From Eledone cirrhosa (lineage: Eukaryota): a DNA stretch of 64,000 nt. The position numbers were made by a program, and so were the translations under genes. The stretch covers positions 18,600,001-18,664,000 of the forward strand of contig OZ024741.1 in assembly GCA_964016885.1 (NCBI GenBank), in the 5' to 3' direction. Below, piece by piece: positions 38,601-53,600 of the stretch. Numbering within the stretch: position 1 is the stretch's first letter; every line of letters starts with the position of its first letter. The notes below the pieces were generated by a model. The model searched no databases. It worked only from the letters and a program-made list of their open reading frames with translations, and had not been told where the DNA came from.

Positions 38601-41600
38601 TCTGCCATTCTATCTCACGTTCGAGCGACTGCCATTCTATCTGACATTCTAAAGACTACCATTATATCTGATGTTCTAACGACTGCCACTCTATCTGATG
38701 TTCTAACGTCTCTGCCATTCTCTCTGATGTCCTAACGATTGCCATTCTATCTGACGTTCGAAAGACTGCCATTCTATCTGACGTTCGAACGTCTGCCATT
38801 TTTTTTGAGGTTCTAACGACCGGCATTCTATCTGATATACTAACGACTACCATTCTATCTGACATTCTAATGACAGTCATTCTATCTGACGTTTAACGGC
38901 TGCCTTTCTATCTGACGTTCTAACGGCTGCCATTCTATCTGATTTCTAACGACTCCCTTTCTATCTGACGTTCTAACGGCTGCCATTCTATCTGCCCTTC
39001 TAACGACTGTCATTATCTGACGTTCTAACTACTGACATTCTATCTGACGTCCTAACGTCTACCATTATATCTGATGTTCTAACGACTACAATTCTATGTG
39101 ACGTTCGAACGACTGCCATTCTATCGAACGTTCTTACGCCAGTCATTCTATCTGACATTCTAACGACTGCTATTCTATCTGACATTCGAACGACTGCCAT
39201 TCTATTTGACGTTCTAACGTCTCTGCCATTCTCTCTGACATTTTAAATACTGCCATTATATCTGACGTTCGAAATACTGCCATTCTATCTGACGTTCTCA
39301 CGACTCTGCCATTCTATCTGACGTTCTAACGACAGTCATTCAATCTGACGTTAGAACGACTGCCATTCTATCTGACCTTCTAAGGGCTTCCATTCCATCA
39401 GACATTCTAACTACTGACATTATATCTGACGTTCTAACGACTACCATTCTATCTGATGTCCTAACGACTACAATTCTATCTGACGTTCTAGCGACTGCCA
39501 TACTATCTGACATTCTAACGACTGCTATTCTATCTGACATTCTAATGGCTGCCTTTCTATCTGACGTTCTAACGGCTGCCATTCCATCTGACGTTCTAAC
39601 GAGTCCCATTCTATCTGAAGTTCTAACGGCTGCCATTCTGTCTGACGTTCTAACGACTATAATTCTATCTGACGTTCGAACGACTGCCATTCTATCTAAC
39701 GTTCTAACGACTGTCATTCTATCTTAGGTTCGAACTGCTGACATTCTATCTGACGTACTAACGACTCTGCCATTCTATCTGACGTTTTAACGACTGCCAT
39801 TCTATCTGACGTTCGAGCGACTGCCATTCTATCTGACATTCTGAAGACTACCATTATATCTGATGTTCGAACGACTGCTACTCTATCTGATGTTATAATG
39901 ACTGCCATTGTATCTTAGGTTCGAACGACCGCCATTCTATCTGACGGTCTAACGACTCTGCCATTCTATCTGACCTTCTAACGACAGTCATTCTATCTGA
40001 CGTTCTAACGACTGCCATTCTATCTGACCTTCTAAGGGCTGCCATTCCATCTGACATTCTAACTTCTGATATTATATCTGACGTTCTAACGACTACCATT
40101 ATATCTGATGTCCTAACGACTACCATTCTATCTGACGTTAGAACGACTGCCATTCCATCTGACGTTCGAACGACTGCCATTCTATTTGACGTTCTAACGT
40201 CTCTGCCATTCTCTCTGACATTTTAAAGACTGCCATTCTATCTGACGTTCGAAATACTGCCATTCTATCTGACGTTCTCACGACTGCCATTCTATCTTAG
40301 TTCGAATGACTGCCATTCTATCTGACGTTCTAACGACTCTGCCATTCTATTTGACGTTCTAACGACAGTCATTCAATCTGACGTTAGAACGACTGACATT
40401 CGATCTGACCTTCTAAGGGCTGCCAATCCATCAGACATTCTAACTACTGACATTATATCTGACGTTCTAACGACTACCATTCTATCTGATGTCCTAACGA
40501 CTACAATTCTATCTGACGTTCTAGCTACTGCCATACTATCTGACGTTCTAACGACTCTGTCATTCCATCTGACATTCTAACTACTGAAATTCTATCTGAC
40601 GTTCTAACGACTACCATTATATATTGAGGTTCTAACAACTGCCCTTCTATCTGACGTTCTAACGACAGCTATTCTATCTGTCGTTCTCGCAAATACCATT
40701 CCATCTGACGTTCTAACGACTCTGCTATTCTATCTGCCGTTCGAACGACTGCCATTCTATATGACATTCTAACGACTGCCATTCTATCTGCCATTCTATC
40801 TGACGTTCTTACTACTGACATTATATCTTATGTTCTAACGACTGCCACTCTATCTGATGTTCTAATGATTCTGCCATTCTCTCTGATATCCTAACGACTA
40901 CCATTCTATCTGACGTACGAACGACTGCCATTCTATCTGACGTTCGAACGACTGCCATCTTATTTGACGTTCTAACGACTCTGCCATTCTATCTGACATT
41001 CTAAAGACTGCCATTGTTTCTGACGTTCGAACTAATGCCATTCTATCTGACGTTCTAACGACTGCCATTCTATCTGACATTCTAACGACAGTCATTCTAT
41101 CTGACGTTCTAACGACTACCGTTCTATCTGATGTCCTAACAACTACAATTCTATCTGACGTTATAATGACCGCCATTCTATCTGAGGTTCTATCGACTGC
41201 CATTCTATCTGACGTTTTAACGAATCTGCCATTCTATCTGATGTTTTAACGAATCTGTCATTCTATCTGATGTTCTAATGACTCTGCTATTCAGTCTGCC
41301 ATTCGAACGACTGCCATTCTATACGACGTTCTAACGTCTCTGCCATTCTATCTGACATTCTAAAGACTACCATTCTATCTGACGTTCTAACTACTGACAT
41401 TCTATCTGACGTTCTAACGACTACCATTATATCTGATGTTCTAACGACTGCCACTCTATCTGATGTTCTAACGATTCTGCCATTCTCTCTGATGTCCTAA
41501 CGACTACCATTCTATCTGACGTTCGAATGACTCCCATTCTATTTGACGTTCAAACGACTCTGCCATTCTATCTGACATTCTAAAGACTGCCATTCTATCT

Positions 41601-44600
41601 GAACTTCTACGGCTGCAATTCCATCTGAGATTCTAACTACTGACATTCTATCTGATGTCCTAACGACTACAATTCTATCTGACGTTCGAACGACTGCCAT
41701 TCAATCTAACGTTCTAACGACTGCCATTCTATCTTAGGTTCGAACGGCTGACATTCTATCTGACGTACTAACGACTGCCATTCTATCTGATGTTCGAGCG
41801 ACTGCATTCTATCTGACATTCTAAAGACTACCATTATATCTGATGTTCGAACGACTGCTACTCTATCTGATGTTCTAATGACTCCACTATTCTCTCTGAT
41901 GTCCTAACGACTAACATTCTATCTGACGTTCTAACGACTGCCATTCTATCTTAGGTTCGAACGACTGTCATTCTATCTGACGTTCGAACGACTGCCATTC
42001 TATCTGACATTCAAACGACTCCCATTCTATCTGACGTTCTAACGGCTGCCATTCTATCTGACGTTCTAACGACTGCCATTTTATCTGACGTTTTAACGAC
42101 TCCCATTCTATCTGACGTTCTAACGACTGCTATTCTATTTGATGTTCTAACAACTCTGCCATTCTAATGATTGCCTTTCTATCTGAAGTTCTAACGACTA
42201 CCATTCTATCCGACGTTCTAACGACTGCCATTCTATCTGACGTTCGTACGACTGCCATTGTATCTGTCGTTCTAACGACTGCCATTCTATCTGACGTTCT
42301 AACGACTGCCATTCTATCTCACGTTCGAACGACTGCCATTCTATCTGACGTTGTAACGACTCTGACATTCTATACTACGTTGTAACGACTCTGACATTCT
42401 ATCTGACATTCTAAAGACTGCCATTTTATCTGACGTTCTAACTACTGACATTCTATCTGACGTTCTAACGACTACCTTTATATCTGATATTCTAACGACT
42501 GCCACTCTATCTGACGTTCTAGCGACTGCCATTCTCTCTGACGTTTTAACGACTCTGCCATTCAATCTGATGTCCTAACGACTACCATTCTATCTGACGT
42601 TCTAACGACTGTCATTCTATTGAAACGTTCAAACTACTGTGCCATTCTATCTGACATTCTAACTACTGCCATTCTATCTGACGTTCTAACGACTCTGCCG
42701 TTCTATCTGATGTTCTAACGACTGTGCCATTCTATCTGATGTTCTAACGACTGTGCCATTCTATCTGTCGTTCTAGCGACTGCCATTCTATCTGACGTTC
42801 TAACGACTCTGCCATTCCATCTGACGTTTTAACGATTCTGCCATTCCATCTGACGTTTTAACGACTCTGCGATATATCTGCCGTTCGAACGACTGCCATT
42901 CAAAATGACCTTCTAACGACTGCCATTCGATCTGCCATTCTAACGACTCTGCCATTCTATCTGACGTTCTAACGACTACCATTATATCTGATGTTCTAAC
43001 GACTGCCATTCTCTCTGATGTCCTAACGACTACCATTCTATCTGATGTTCGAACGACTCTGCCATTCTACCTGACGTTCTAACGACTGCCATTCTATCTG
43101 ACCTTCTAACGACTGCCATTCCATCTGATATTCTAACTACTGACATTATATCTGACGTTCTAACGACTACTATTATATCTGATGTTCTAACGACTGCCAT
43201 TATATCTGATGTTCTAACGACTACCATTCTATCTGATGTCCTAACAACTACAATTCTATCTGACGTTCGAACGACTGCCGTTCTATATAACTTTATAACC
43301 ACCGCCATTCTATCTGACGTTCTAGCTACTGCCATTCTATCTGCCGTTCTAACGACTCTGCTATTCTGTCTGCCGTTCGAACGACTGCCATTCTATACGA
43401 CGTTCTAACGAAGCCATTCTATCTGACATTCTAAAACTGCCATTCTATCTGACGTTCTAACTACTGACATTCTATCTGACGTTCTAACGACTACCATTAT
43501 ATCTCATGTTCTAACGACTACCACTCTATCTGATGTTCTAACGACTCTGCCATTCTCTCTGATGTCCTAACGACTACCATTCTATCTGACGTTCGAATGA
43601 CTGCCATTCTATCTGACGTTCGAACTACTGCCATTATATCTGAAGTTCTAACGACGTGCCATTCTATCTTAGGTTCGAACGACTGCCATTCTATCTGACG
43701 TTCTAACGACTGCCATTCTATCTGACCTTCTAAGGCTGCAATTCCATCTGAAATTCTAACTACTGACATTATATCTGATGTTCTAACGACTACAATTCTA
43801 TCTGACGTTCGAACGACTGCCGTTCTATCTAACGTTATAACGACCGCCATTCTATCTGACGTTCTAGCGACTGCCATTCAATCTGATGTTTTAACGACTC
43901 TGCCATTCTATCTGCCGTTCTAACGACTCTGTCATTCTATCTGACATTCTAAAGACTGCCATTCTATCTGACTTTCTAAGGGCTGCCATTCCATCTGACA
44001 TTCTAACTTCTGATATTATATCTGACGTTCTAACGACTACCATTATATCTGATGTCCTAACGACTACCATTCTATCTGACGTTAGAACGACTGCCATTCC
44101 ATCTGACGTTCGAACGACTGCCATTCTATTTGACGTTCTAACGTCTCTGCCATTCTCTCTGACATTTTAAAGACTGCCATTCTATCTGACGTTCGAAATA
44201 CTGCCATTCTATCTGACGTTCTCACGACTGCCATTCTATCTTAGTTCGAATGACTGCCATTCTATCTGAAGTTCTAAAGACTCTGCCATTCTATCTGACG
44301 TTCTAACGACAGTCATTCAATCTGACGTTAGAACGACTGACATTCGATCTGACTTTCTAAGGGCTGCCATTCCATCAGACATTCTAACTACTGACATTAT
44401 ATCTGACGTTCTAACGACTACCATTCTATCTGATGTCCTAACGACTACAATTCTATCTGACGTTCTAGCTACTGCCATACTATCTGACGTTCTAACGACT
44501 CTGTCATTCCATCTGACATTCTAACTACTGAAATTCTATCTGACGTTCTAACGACTACCATTATATATGATGTTCTAACAACTGCCCTTCTATCTGACGT

Positions 44601-47600
44601 TCTAACGACAGCTATTCTATCTGTCGTTCTCGCAAATGCGATTCCATCTGACGTTCTAACGACTCTGCTATTCTATCTGCCGTTCGAACGACTGCCATTC
44701 TATATGACATTCTAACGACTGCCATTCTATCTGCCATTCTATCTGACGTTCTAACTACTGACATTCTATCTGACGTTCTAACGACTACCATTATATCTTA
44801 TGTTCTAACGACTGCCACTCTATCTGATGTTCTAATGATTCTGCCATTCTCTCTGATATCCTAACGACTACCATTCTATCTGACGTACGAACGACTGCCA
44901 TTCTATCTGACGTTCGAACGACTGCCATCTTATTTGACGTTCTAACGACTCTGCCATTCTATCTGACATTTTAAAGACTGCCATTGTTTCTGACGTTCGA
45001 ACTAATGCCATTCTATCTGACGTTCTAACGACTGCCTTTCTATCTGACATTCTAACGACAGTCATTCTATCTGACGTTCTAACGACTACCATTCTATCTG
45101 ATGTTATAATGACCGCCATTCTATCTAAAGTTCTATCGACTGCCATTCTATCTGACGTTTTAACGAATCTGCCATTCTATCTGACGTTTTAACGAATCTG
45201 TCATTCTATCTGACGTTCTAATGACTCTGCTATTCAGTCTGCCATTCGAACGACTGCCATTCTATACGACGTTCTAACGTCTCTGCCATTCTATCTGACA
45301 TTCTAAAGACTGCCATTCTATCTGACGTTCGAACGACTGCCATTCTATCTGACGTTCTAACGACTGCCATTCTATCTGACCTTCTACGGCTGCAATTCCA
45401 TCTGAGATTCTAACTACTGACATTCTATCTGATGTCCTAACGACTACAATTCTATCTGACGTTCGAACGACTGCCATTCAATCTAACGTTCTAACGACTG
45501 CCATTCTATCTTAGGTTCGAACGGCTGACATTCTATCTGACGTACTAACGACTGCCATTCTACCTGACGTTCGAGCGACTACATTCTATCTGACATTCTA
45601 AAGACTACCATTATATCTGATGTTCGAACGACTGCTACTCTATCTGATGTTCTAATGACTCCACTATTCTCTCTGATGTCCTAACGACTAACATTCTATC
45701 TGACGTTCTAACGACTGCCATTCTATCTGACGTTCTAACGACTGCCATTCTATCTGACATTCAAACGACTCCCATTCTATCTGACGTTCTAACGGCTGCC
45801 ATTCTATCTGACGTTCTAACGACTGCCATTTTATCTGACGTTTTAACGACTCCCATTCTATCTGACGTTCTAACGACTGCCATTCTATCTGATGTTCTAA
45901 CAACTCTGCCATTCTAATGATTGCCTTTCTATCTGAAGTTCTAACGACTACCATTCTATCCGACGTTCTAACGACTGCCATTCTATCTGACGTTCGTACG
46001 ACTGCCATTGTATCTGTCGTTCTAACGAATCTGCCATTCTATCTGACGTTCTAACGACAGCCATTCTATCTCACGTTCGAACGACTGCCATTCTATCTGA
46101 CGTTGTAACAACTCTGACATTCTATACTACGTTGTAACGACTCTGACATTCTATCTGACAATCTAAAGACTGCCATTTTATCTGACGTTCTAACTACTGA
46201 CATTCTATCTGACGTTCTAACGACTACCTTTGTATCTGATATTCTGCCAATCTATCTGACGTTCTAGCGACTGCCATTCTCTCTGACGTTTTAACGACTC
46301 TGCCATTCAATCTGATGTCCTAACGACTACCATTCTATCTGACGTTCTAACGACTGTCATTCTATTGAAACGTTCAAACAACTGTGCCATTCTATCTGAC
46401 ATTCTAAAAACTGCCATTCTATCTGACGTTTCGAACGACTGCCATTCTATCTTAGGTTCGAACGGCTGTCATTCTATCTGACATTCTAACGACTGCCATT
46501 CTATCGGACGTTCTAACGACTCTCATTCTATCTGACGTTCTAACTACTGCCATTCTATCTAACGTTCTAACGACTCTGCCGTTCTATCTGATGTTCTAAC
46601 GACTGTGCCATTCTATCTGATATTCTAACGACTGTGCCATTCTATCTGTCGCTCTAGCGACTGCCATTCTATCTGACGTTCTAACGACTCTGCCATTCCA
46701 TCTGACGTTTTAACGACTCTGCCATTCCATCTGACGTTTTAACGACTCTGCGATTCTATCTGCCGTTCGAACGACTGCCATTCAAAATGACCTTCTAACG
46801 ACTGCCATTCGATCTGCCATTCTAACGACTCTGCCATTCTATCTGACGTTCTAACGACTACCATTATATCTGATGTTCTAACGACTGCCATTCTCTCTGA
46901 TGTCCTAACGACTACCATTCTATCTGATGTTCGAACGACTCTGCCATTCTATCTGACCTTCTAACGACTGCCATTCCATCTGATATTCTAACTACTGACA
47001 TTATATCTGACGTTCTAACGACTACTATTATATCTGATGTTCTAACGACTGCCATTATATCTGATGTTCTAACGACTACCATTCTATCTGATGTCCTAAC
47101 AACTACAATTCTATCTGACGTTCGAACGACTGCCGTTCTATATAACTTTATAACCACCGCCATTCTATCTGACGTTCTAGCTACTGCCATTCTATCTGCC
47201 GTTCTAACGACTCTGCTATTCTGTCTGCCGTTCGAACGACTGCCATTCTATACGACGTTCTAACGAAGCCATTCTATCTGACATTCTAAAACTGCCATTC
47301 TATCTGACGTTCTAACTACTGACATTCTATCTGACGTTCTAACGACTACCATTATATCTCATGTTCTAACGACTCTGCCATTCTCTCTGATGTCCTAACG
47401 ACTACCATTCTATCTGACGTTCGAATGACTGCCATTCTATCTGACGTTCGAACTACTGCCATTATATCTGAAGTTCTAACGACGTGCCATTCTATCTTAG
47501 GTTCGAACGACTGCCATTCTATCTGACGTTCTAACGACTGCCATTCTGTCTAACCTTCTAAGGCTGCAATTCCATCTGAGATTCTAACTACTGACATTAT

Positions 47601-50600
47601 ATCTGATGTTCTAACGACTACAATTCTATCTGACGTTCGAACGACTGCCGTTCTATCTAACGTTATAACGACCGCCATTCTATCTGACGTTCTAGCGACT
47701 GCCATTCAATCTGATGTTCTAACGACTCTGTCATTCTATCTGACATTCTAAAGACTGCCATTCTATCTGACGTTCTAACTACTGACATTCTATCTGACGT
47801 TCTAACGACTACCTTTATATCTGATGTTCTTACGACTGCCACTCTATCTGACGTTCTAGCGACTGCCATTCCCTCTGACGTTTTAACGACTCTGCCATTC
47901 TATCTGATGTCCTAACGAATACCATTCTCTCTGACGTTCTAACGAGTCTGCTATTCTATCTGCCGTTCGAACGACTGCCATTCTATATGACCTTCCAACG
48001 ACTGCCATTCTATCTGCCGTTATAAAGACTCTGCCATTCTATTTGACGTTCTAACGACTGCCATTCTATCTTAGGTTCGAACGACTGCAATTCTATCTGA
48101 CGTTCTAACGACTGCCATTTTATCTAACGTTCTCACGACTGCCATTCTATCTGACCTTCTAACGACTGCCATTCTATCTGACGTTCGAGCGACTGCCACT
48201 CTATCTGACATTCTAAAGACATCCATTATATCTGATGTTCTAACGACTGCTACTCTATCTGATGTTCTAACGACTCTGCAATTACATCTGAGATTCTAAC
48301 TACTGATATTATGTCTGACGTTCTAACGACTACCATTATATCTGATGTTCTAACGACTACCATTCTCTCTGACGTTCGAACGACTGCCATCTTATTAGAC
48401 GTTCTAACGTCTCTGCCATTCTATCTGACATTCTAAAGACTGCCATTCTTTCTGAAGTTCGAACTAATGCCATTCTATCTGACGTTCTAACGACTGCCAT
48501 TCTATCTGACGTTCTAACGACAGTCATTCTATCTGACGTTGTAATGACTGCCATTCTATCTGACCTTCTAAGGGCTGCCATTGCATCAGAGATTCTAACT
48601 ACTGACATTATATCTGACGTTCTAACGACTACCATTCTATCTGATGTCCTAGCAACTACAATTCTATCTGACGTAATAACGACCGCCATTCTATCTTAGG
48701 TTTTTGCGACTGCCATTCTATCTGACGTTTTAACGAATCTGCCATTCTATCTGACGTTCTAACGACTGCCATTCTATCTGACGTTCGAGCGACTGCCATT
48801 CTATCTGACATTCTAAAGACTACCATTATATCTGATGTTCGAACAACTGCTACTCTATCTGATGTTCTAACGACTCCACTATTCTCTCTGATGTCCTAAC
48901 AACTACCATTCTCTCTGACCTTCTAAGGGCTGCCATTGCATCAGAGATTCTAACTACTGACATTATATCTGACGTTCTAACGACTACCATTCTATCTGAT
49001 GTCCTAACAACTACAATTCTATCTGACGTTATAACGACCGCCATTCTATCTGAGGTTTTAACGAATCTGCCATTCTATCTGACGTTCTAACGACTCTGCT
49101 ATTCAGTCTGCCATTCGAACGACTGCCATTCTATACGACGTTCTAACGACTCTGCCATTCTATCTGACATTCTAAAGACTGCCATTCTATCTGACGTTCT
49201 AACTACTGACATTCTATCTGACGTTCTAACGACTACCATCATATCTGATGTTCTAACGACTGCCACTCTATCTGATGTTCTAACGATTCTGACATTCTCT
49301 CTGATGTCCTAACGACTACCATTCTATCTGACGTTCGAATGACTCCCATTCTATTTGACGCTCAAACGACTCTGCCATTCCATTCTATCTGACATTCTAA
49401 AAACTGCCATTCTATCTGACGTTCGAACGACTGCCATTCTATCTGACGTTCTAATGACTGCCATTCTATCTGACGTTCTAAGGCTGCAATTCCATCTGAG
49501 ATTCTAACTACTGACATTCTATCTTATGTCCTAACGACTACAATTCTATCTGACATTCGAACGACTGCCATTCTATCTTTGATTCGAACGGCTGACATTC
49601 TATCTGACGTTCTAACGACTGCCATTCTATCTTAGGTTCGAACGGCTGACATTCTATCTGACGCACTAACTACTCTGCCATTCTATCTGACGTTCTAACA
49701 ACTGCCATTCTATCTGACGTTCGAGCGACTGCCATTCTATCTGACATTCTAAAGACTACCATTATATCTGATGTTCGAACAACTGTTACTCTATCTGATG
49801 TTCTGACGACTCCACTATTCTCTCTGATGTCCTAACGACTACCATTCTGTCTGACGTTCTAACGAATGCCATTCTATCTTAGGTTCGAACGACTGCTATT
49901 CTATTTGACGTTCTAACGACTGCCATTCTATCTGACATTCTAACGACAGTCATTCTATCTGACGTTCTAACGACTGCCATTCTATCTGACATTCTAACGA
50001 CTCCCATTCTATCTGACGTTCTAACTGCTGCCATTCTATCTGACGTTCTAACGACTGCCATTCTATCTTACGTTCTAACGACTCCCATTATATCTGACGT
50101 TCTAACGACTCCCATTCTATCTGACGTTCTAACGACTACCATTCTATCTGATGTTCTAACAACTCTGCCATTCTAATGATTGCCTTTCTATCTGAAGTTC
50201 TAACGACTACCATTCTATCCGACGTTCTAACGACTGTCATTCTATCTTACGTTCGTACGACTGCCATTGTATCTGTCGTTCTAACGACTCTGCCATTCTA
50301 TCTGACATTCTAACGACTGCCATTCTATCTGACGTTCTAACGACTGCCATTCTATCCAACGTTCTAACAACTCTGCCATTCCATGTGACGTTCTAACTAT
50401 TGACATTCTATCTCACGTTCGAACGACTGCCATTCTATACGACGTTCTAACGACTCTGCCATTCTATCTGACATTCTAAAGACTGCCATTCTATCTGACA
50501 TTCTAACGACTCCCATTCTATCTGACGTTCTAACTGCTGCCATTCTATCTGACGTTCTAACGACTGCCATTCTATCTTACGTTCTAACGACTCCCATTAT

Positions 50601-53600
50601 ATCTGACGTTCTAACGACTCTCATTCTATCTGACGTTCTAACAACTACCTTTATATCTGATATTCTAACGACTGCCACTCTATCTGACGTTCTAGCGACT
50701 ACCATTCTCCCTGACGTTTTAACGACTCTGCCATTCTATCTGATGTCCTAACGACTACCATTCTATCTGACGTTCGAACAACTGCCATTCTATTGAAACG
50801 TTCAAACAACTCTGCCATTCTATCTGACATTCTAAAAACGGCCATTCTATCTGACATTCGAACTACTGCCATTCTATCTGACGTTTCGAACGACTGCCAT
50901 TCTCTCTTAGGTTCGAACGACTGCCATTCTATCTGACGTTCTAACGACTGCCATTCTATCTTACCTTCTCAGGCGGCAATTCCATCATAGATTCTAACTA
51001 CTGACATTATACCTAACGTTCTAACGACTACCATTATATCAGACGTTCGAACTACTGCCATTCTATCTGACGTTTCGAACGGCTATCATTCTATCGGACG
51101 TTCTAACGACTCCCATTCTATCTGACGTTCTAACTACAGCCATTCTATCTGACGTTCTAACGATTCTGCCGTTCTGTCTGATGTTCTAACGACTATGCCA
51201 TTCTATCTGTCGATCTAGCGACTGCCATTCTATCTGACGTTCTAACGACTCTGCGATTCTATCTGCCATTCGAACGACTGCCATTCTATATGACCTTCTA
51301 ACGACTGCCATTCTATCTGCCATTCTAACGACTCTGCCATTCTATCTGACGTTCTAACGACTACCATTATATCTGATGTTCTAACGACTGCCATTCTCTC
51401 TGATGTCCTAACGACTACCATTCTATCTGACGTTCGAACGACTCTGCCATTCTATCTGACGTTCTAACGACTGCCGTTCTATCTAACGTTATAACGACCG
51501 CCATTCTATCTGCCGTTCTAACGACTCTGCTATTCTGTCTGACATTCTAAAACTGCCATTCTATCTGACGTTCTAACTACTGACATTCTATCTGACGTTC
51601 TAACGATTACCATTATATCTCATGTTCTAACGACTACCACTCTATCTGATGTTCTAACGACTACCACTCTATCTGATGTTCTAACAACTACCATTCTATC
51701 TGACGTTCGAATGACTGCCATTCTATTTGACGTTCAAACGACTCTGCCATTCTTTCAGACATTCTAAAGACTGCCATTCTATCTGACGTTCGAACTACTG
51801 CCATTATATCTGAAGTTCTAACGACTGCCATTCTATCTTAGGTTCGAACGACTGCCATTCTATCTGACGTTCTAACGACTGCCATTCCATCTGACCTTCT
51901 AAGGCTGCAATTCCATCTGAGATTCTAACTACTGACATTCTATCTGATGTCCTAACGACTACAATTCTATCTGACGTTCGAACGACTGCCATTCTATCTT
52001 AGGTTCGAACGGCTGACATTCTATCTGACGTACTAACGACTGCCATTCTATCTTAGGTTCGAACGGCTGACATTCTATCTGACGTACTAACGTCTCTGCC
52101 ATTCTATCTGACGTTCTAACGACTGCCATTCTATCAGACGTTCGAGCGACTGCCATTCTATCTGACATTCTAAAGACTACCATTATATCTGATGTTCGAA
52201 TAACTGCTACTCTATCTGATGTTCTAACGACTCCACTATTCTCTCTGATGTCCTAACGACTACCATTCTATCTGACGTTCTAACGACTGCCATTCTATCT
52301 TAGGTTCGAACGACTGCCATTCTATTTGACGTTCTAACGACTGCCATTCTATCTGACGTTCTAACGACTGCCATTCTATCTGACTTTCTAACGACAGTCA
52401 TTCTATCTGACGTTCTAACGACTGCCATTCTATCTGACGTTCTAACGACTGCCATTCTATCTGACGTTCTAACGACTGCCATTCTATCTGACGTTCTAAC
52501 GACTGCAATTCTATCTGACATTCTAACGACTGCCATTCTATCTGACGTTCTAACGACTGCCATTCTATCTGACATTCTAACGACTGCCATTCTATCTGAT
52601 GTTCTAACGACTGCCATTCTATCTGACGTTCTAACGACTGCCATTCTATCTGAGATTCTAACGACTGACATTCTATCTGATGTTCTAACAACTCTGCCAT
52701 TCTAATGATTGCCTTTCTATCTGAAGTTCTAACGACTACCATTCTATCCGACGTTCTAACGACTGCCATTCTATCTGACGTTCGTACGACTGCCATTGTA
52801 TCTGTCGTTCTAACGACTCTGCCATTCTATCTGACATTCTAACGACTGCCATTCTATCTGACGTTCTCAAGACTCGGCCATTCTATCTGACTTTCTAACG
52901 ACTGCCATTCTATCCAACGTTCTAACAACTCTGCCATTCCATGTGACGTTCTAACTACTGACATTCTATCTCACGTTCGAACGACTGCCATTCTATACGA
53001 CGTTCTAACGACTCTGCCATTCTATCTGACATTCTAAAGACTGCCATTCTATCTGACGTTCTAACTACTGACATTCGATCGGACGTTCTAACGACTACCT
53101 TTATATTTGATATTATAACGACTGCCACTCTGACGTTCTAGCGACTGCCATCCTCTCTGACGTTTTAACGACTCTGCCATTCTATCTGATGTCCTAACGA
53201 CTACCATTCTATCTGACGTTCGAACGACTGCCATTCTATTGAAACGTTCAAACAACTCTGCCATTCTATCTGACATTCTAAAAACTGCCATTCGAACTAC
53301 TGCCATTCTATCTGATGTTTCGAACGACTGCCATTCTCTCTTAGGTTCGAACGACTGCCATTCTATCTTAGGTTCTAACGACTGCCATTCTATCTGACGT
53401 TCTAACGACTGCATTCTATCTTACCTTCTCAGGCTGCAATTCCATCATAGATTCTAACTACTGACATTATACCTAACGTTCTAACAACTACCATTATATC
53501 TGACGTTCTAACGACAGCCATTCTATCGGACGTTCTAACGACTCCCATTCTATATGACGTTCTAACTACAGCCATTCTATCTGACGTTCTAACGACTCTG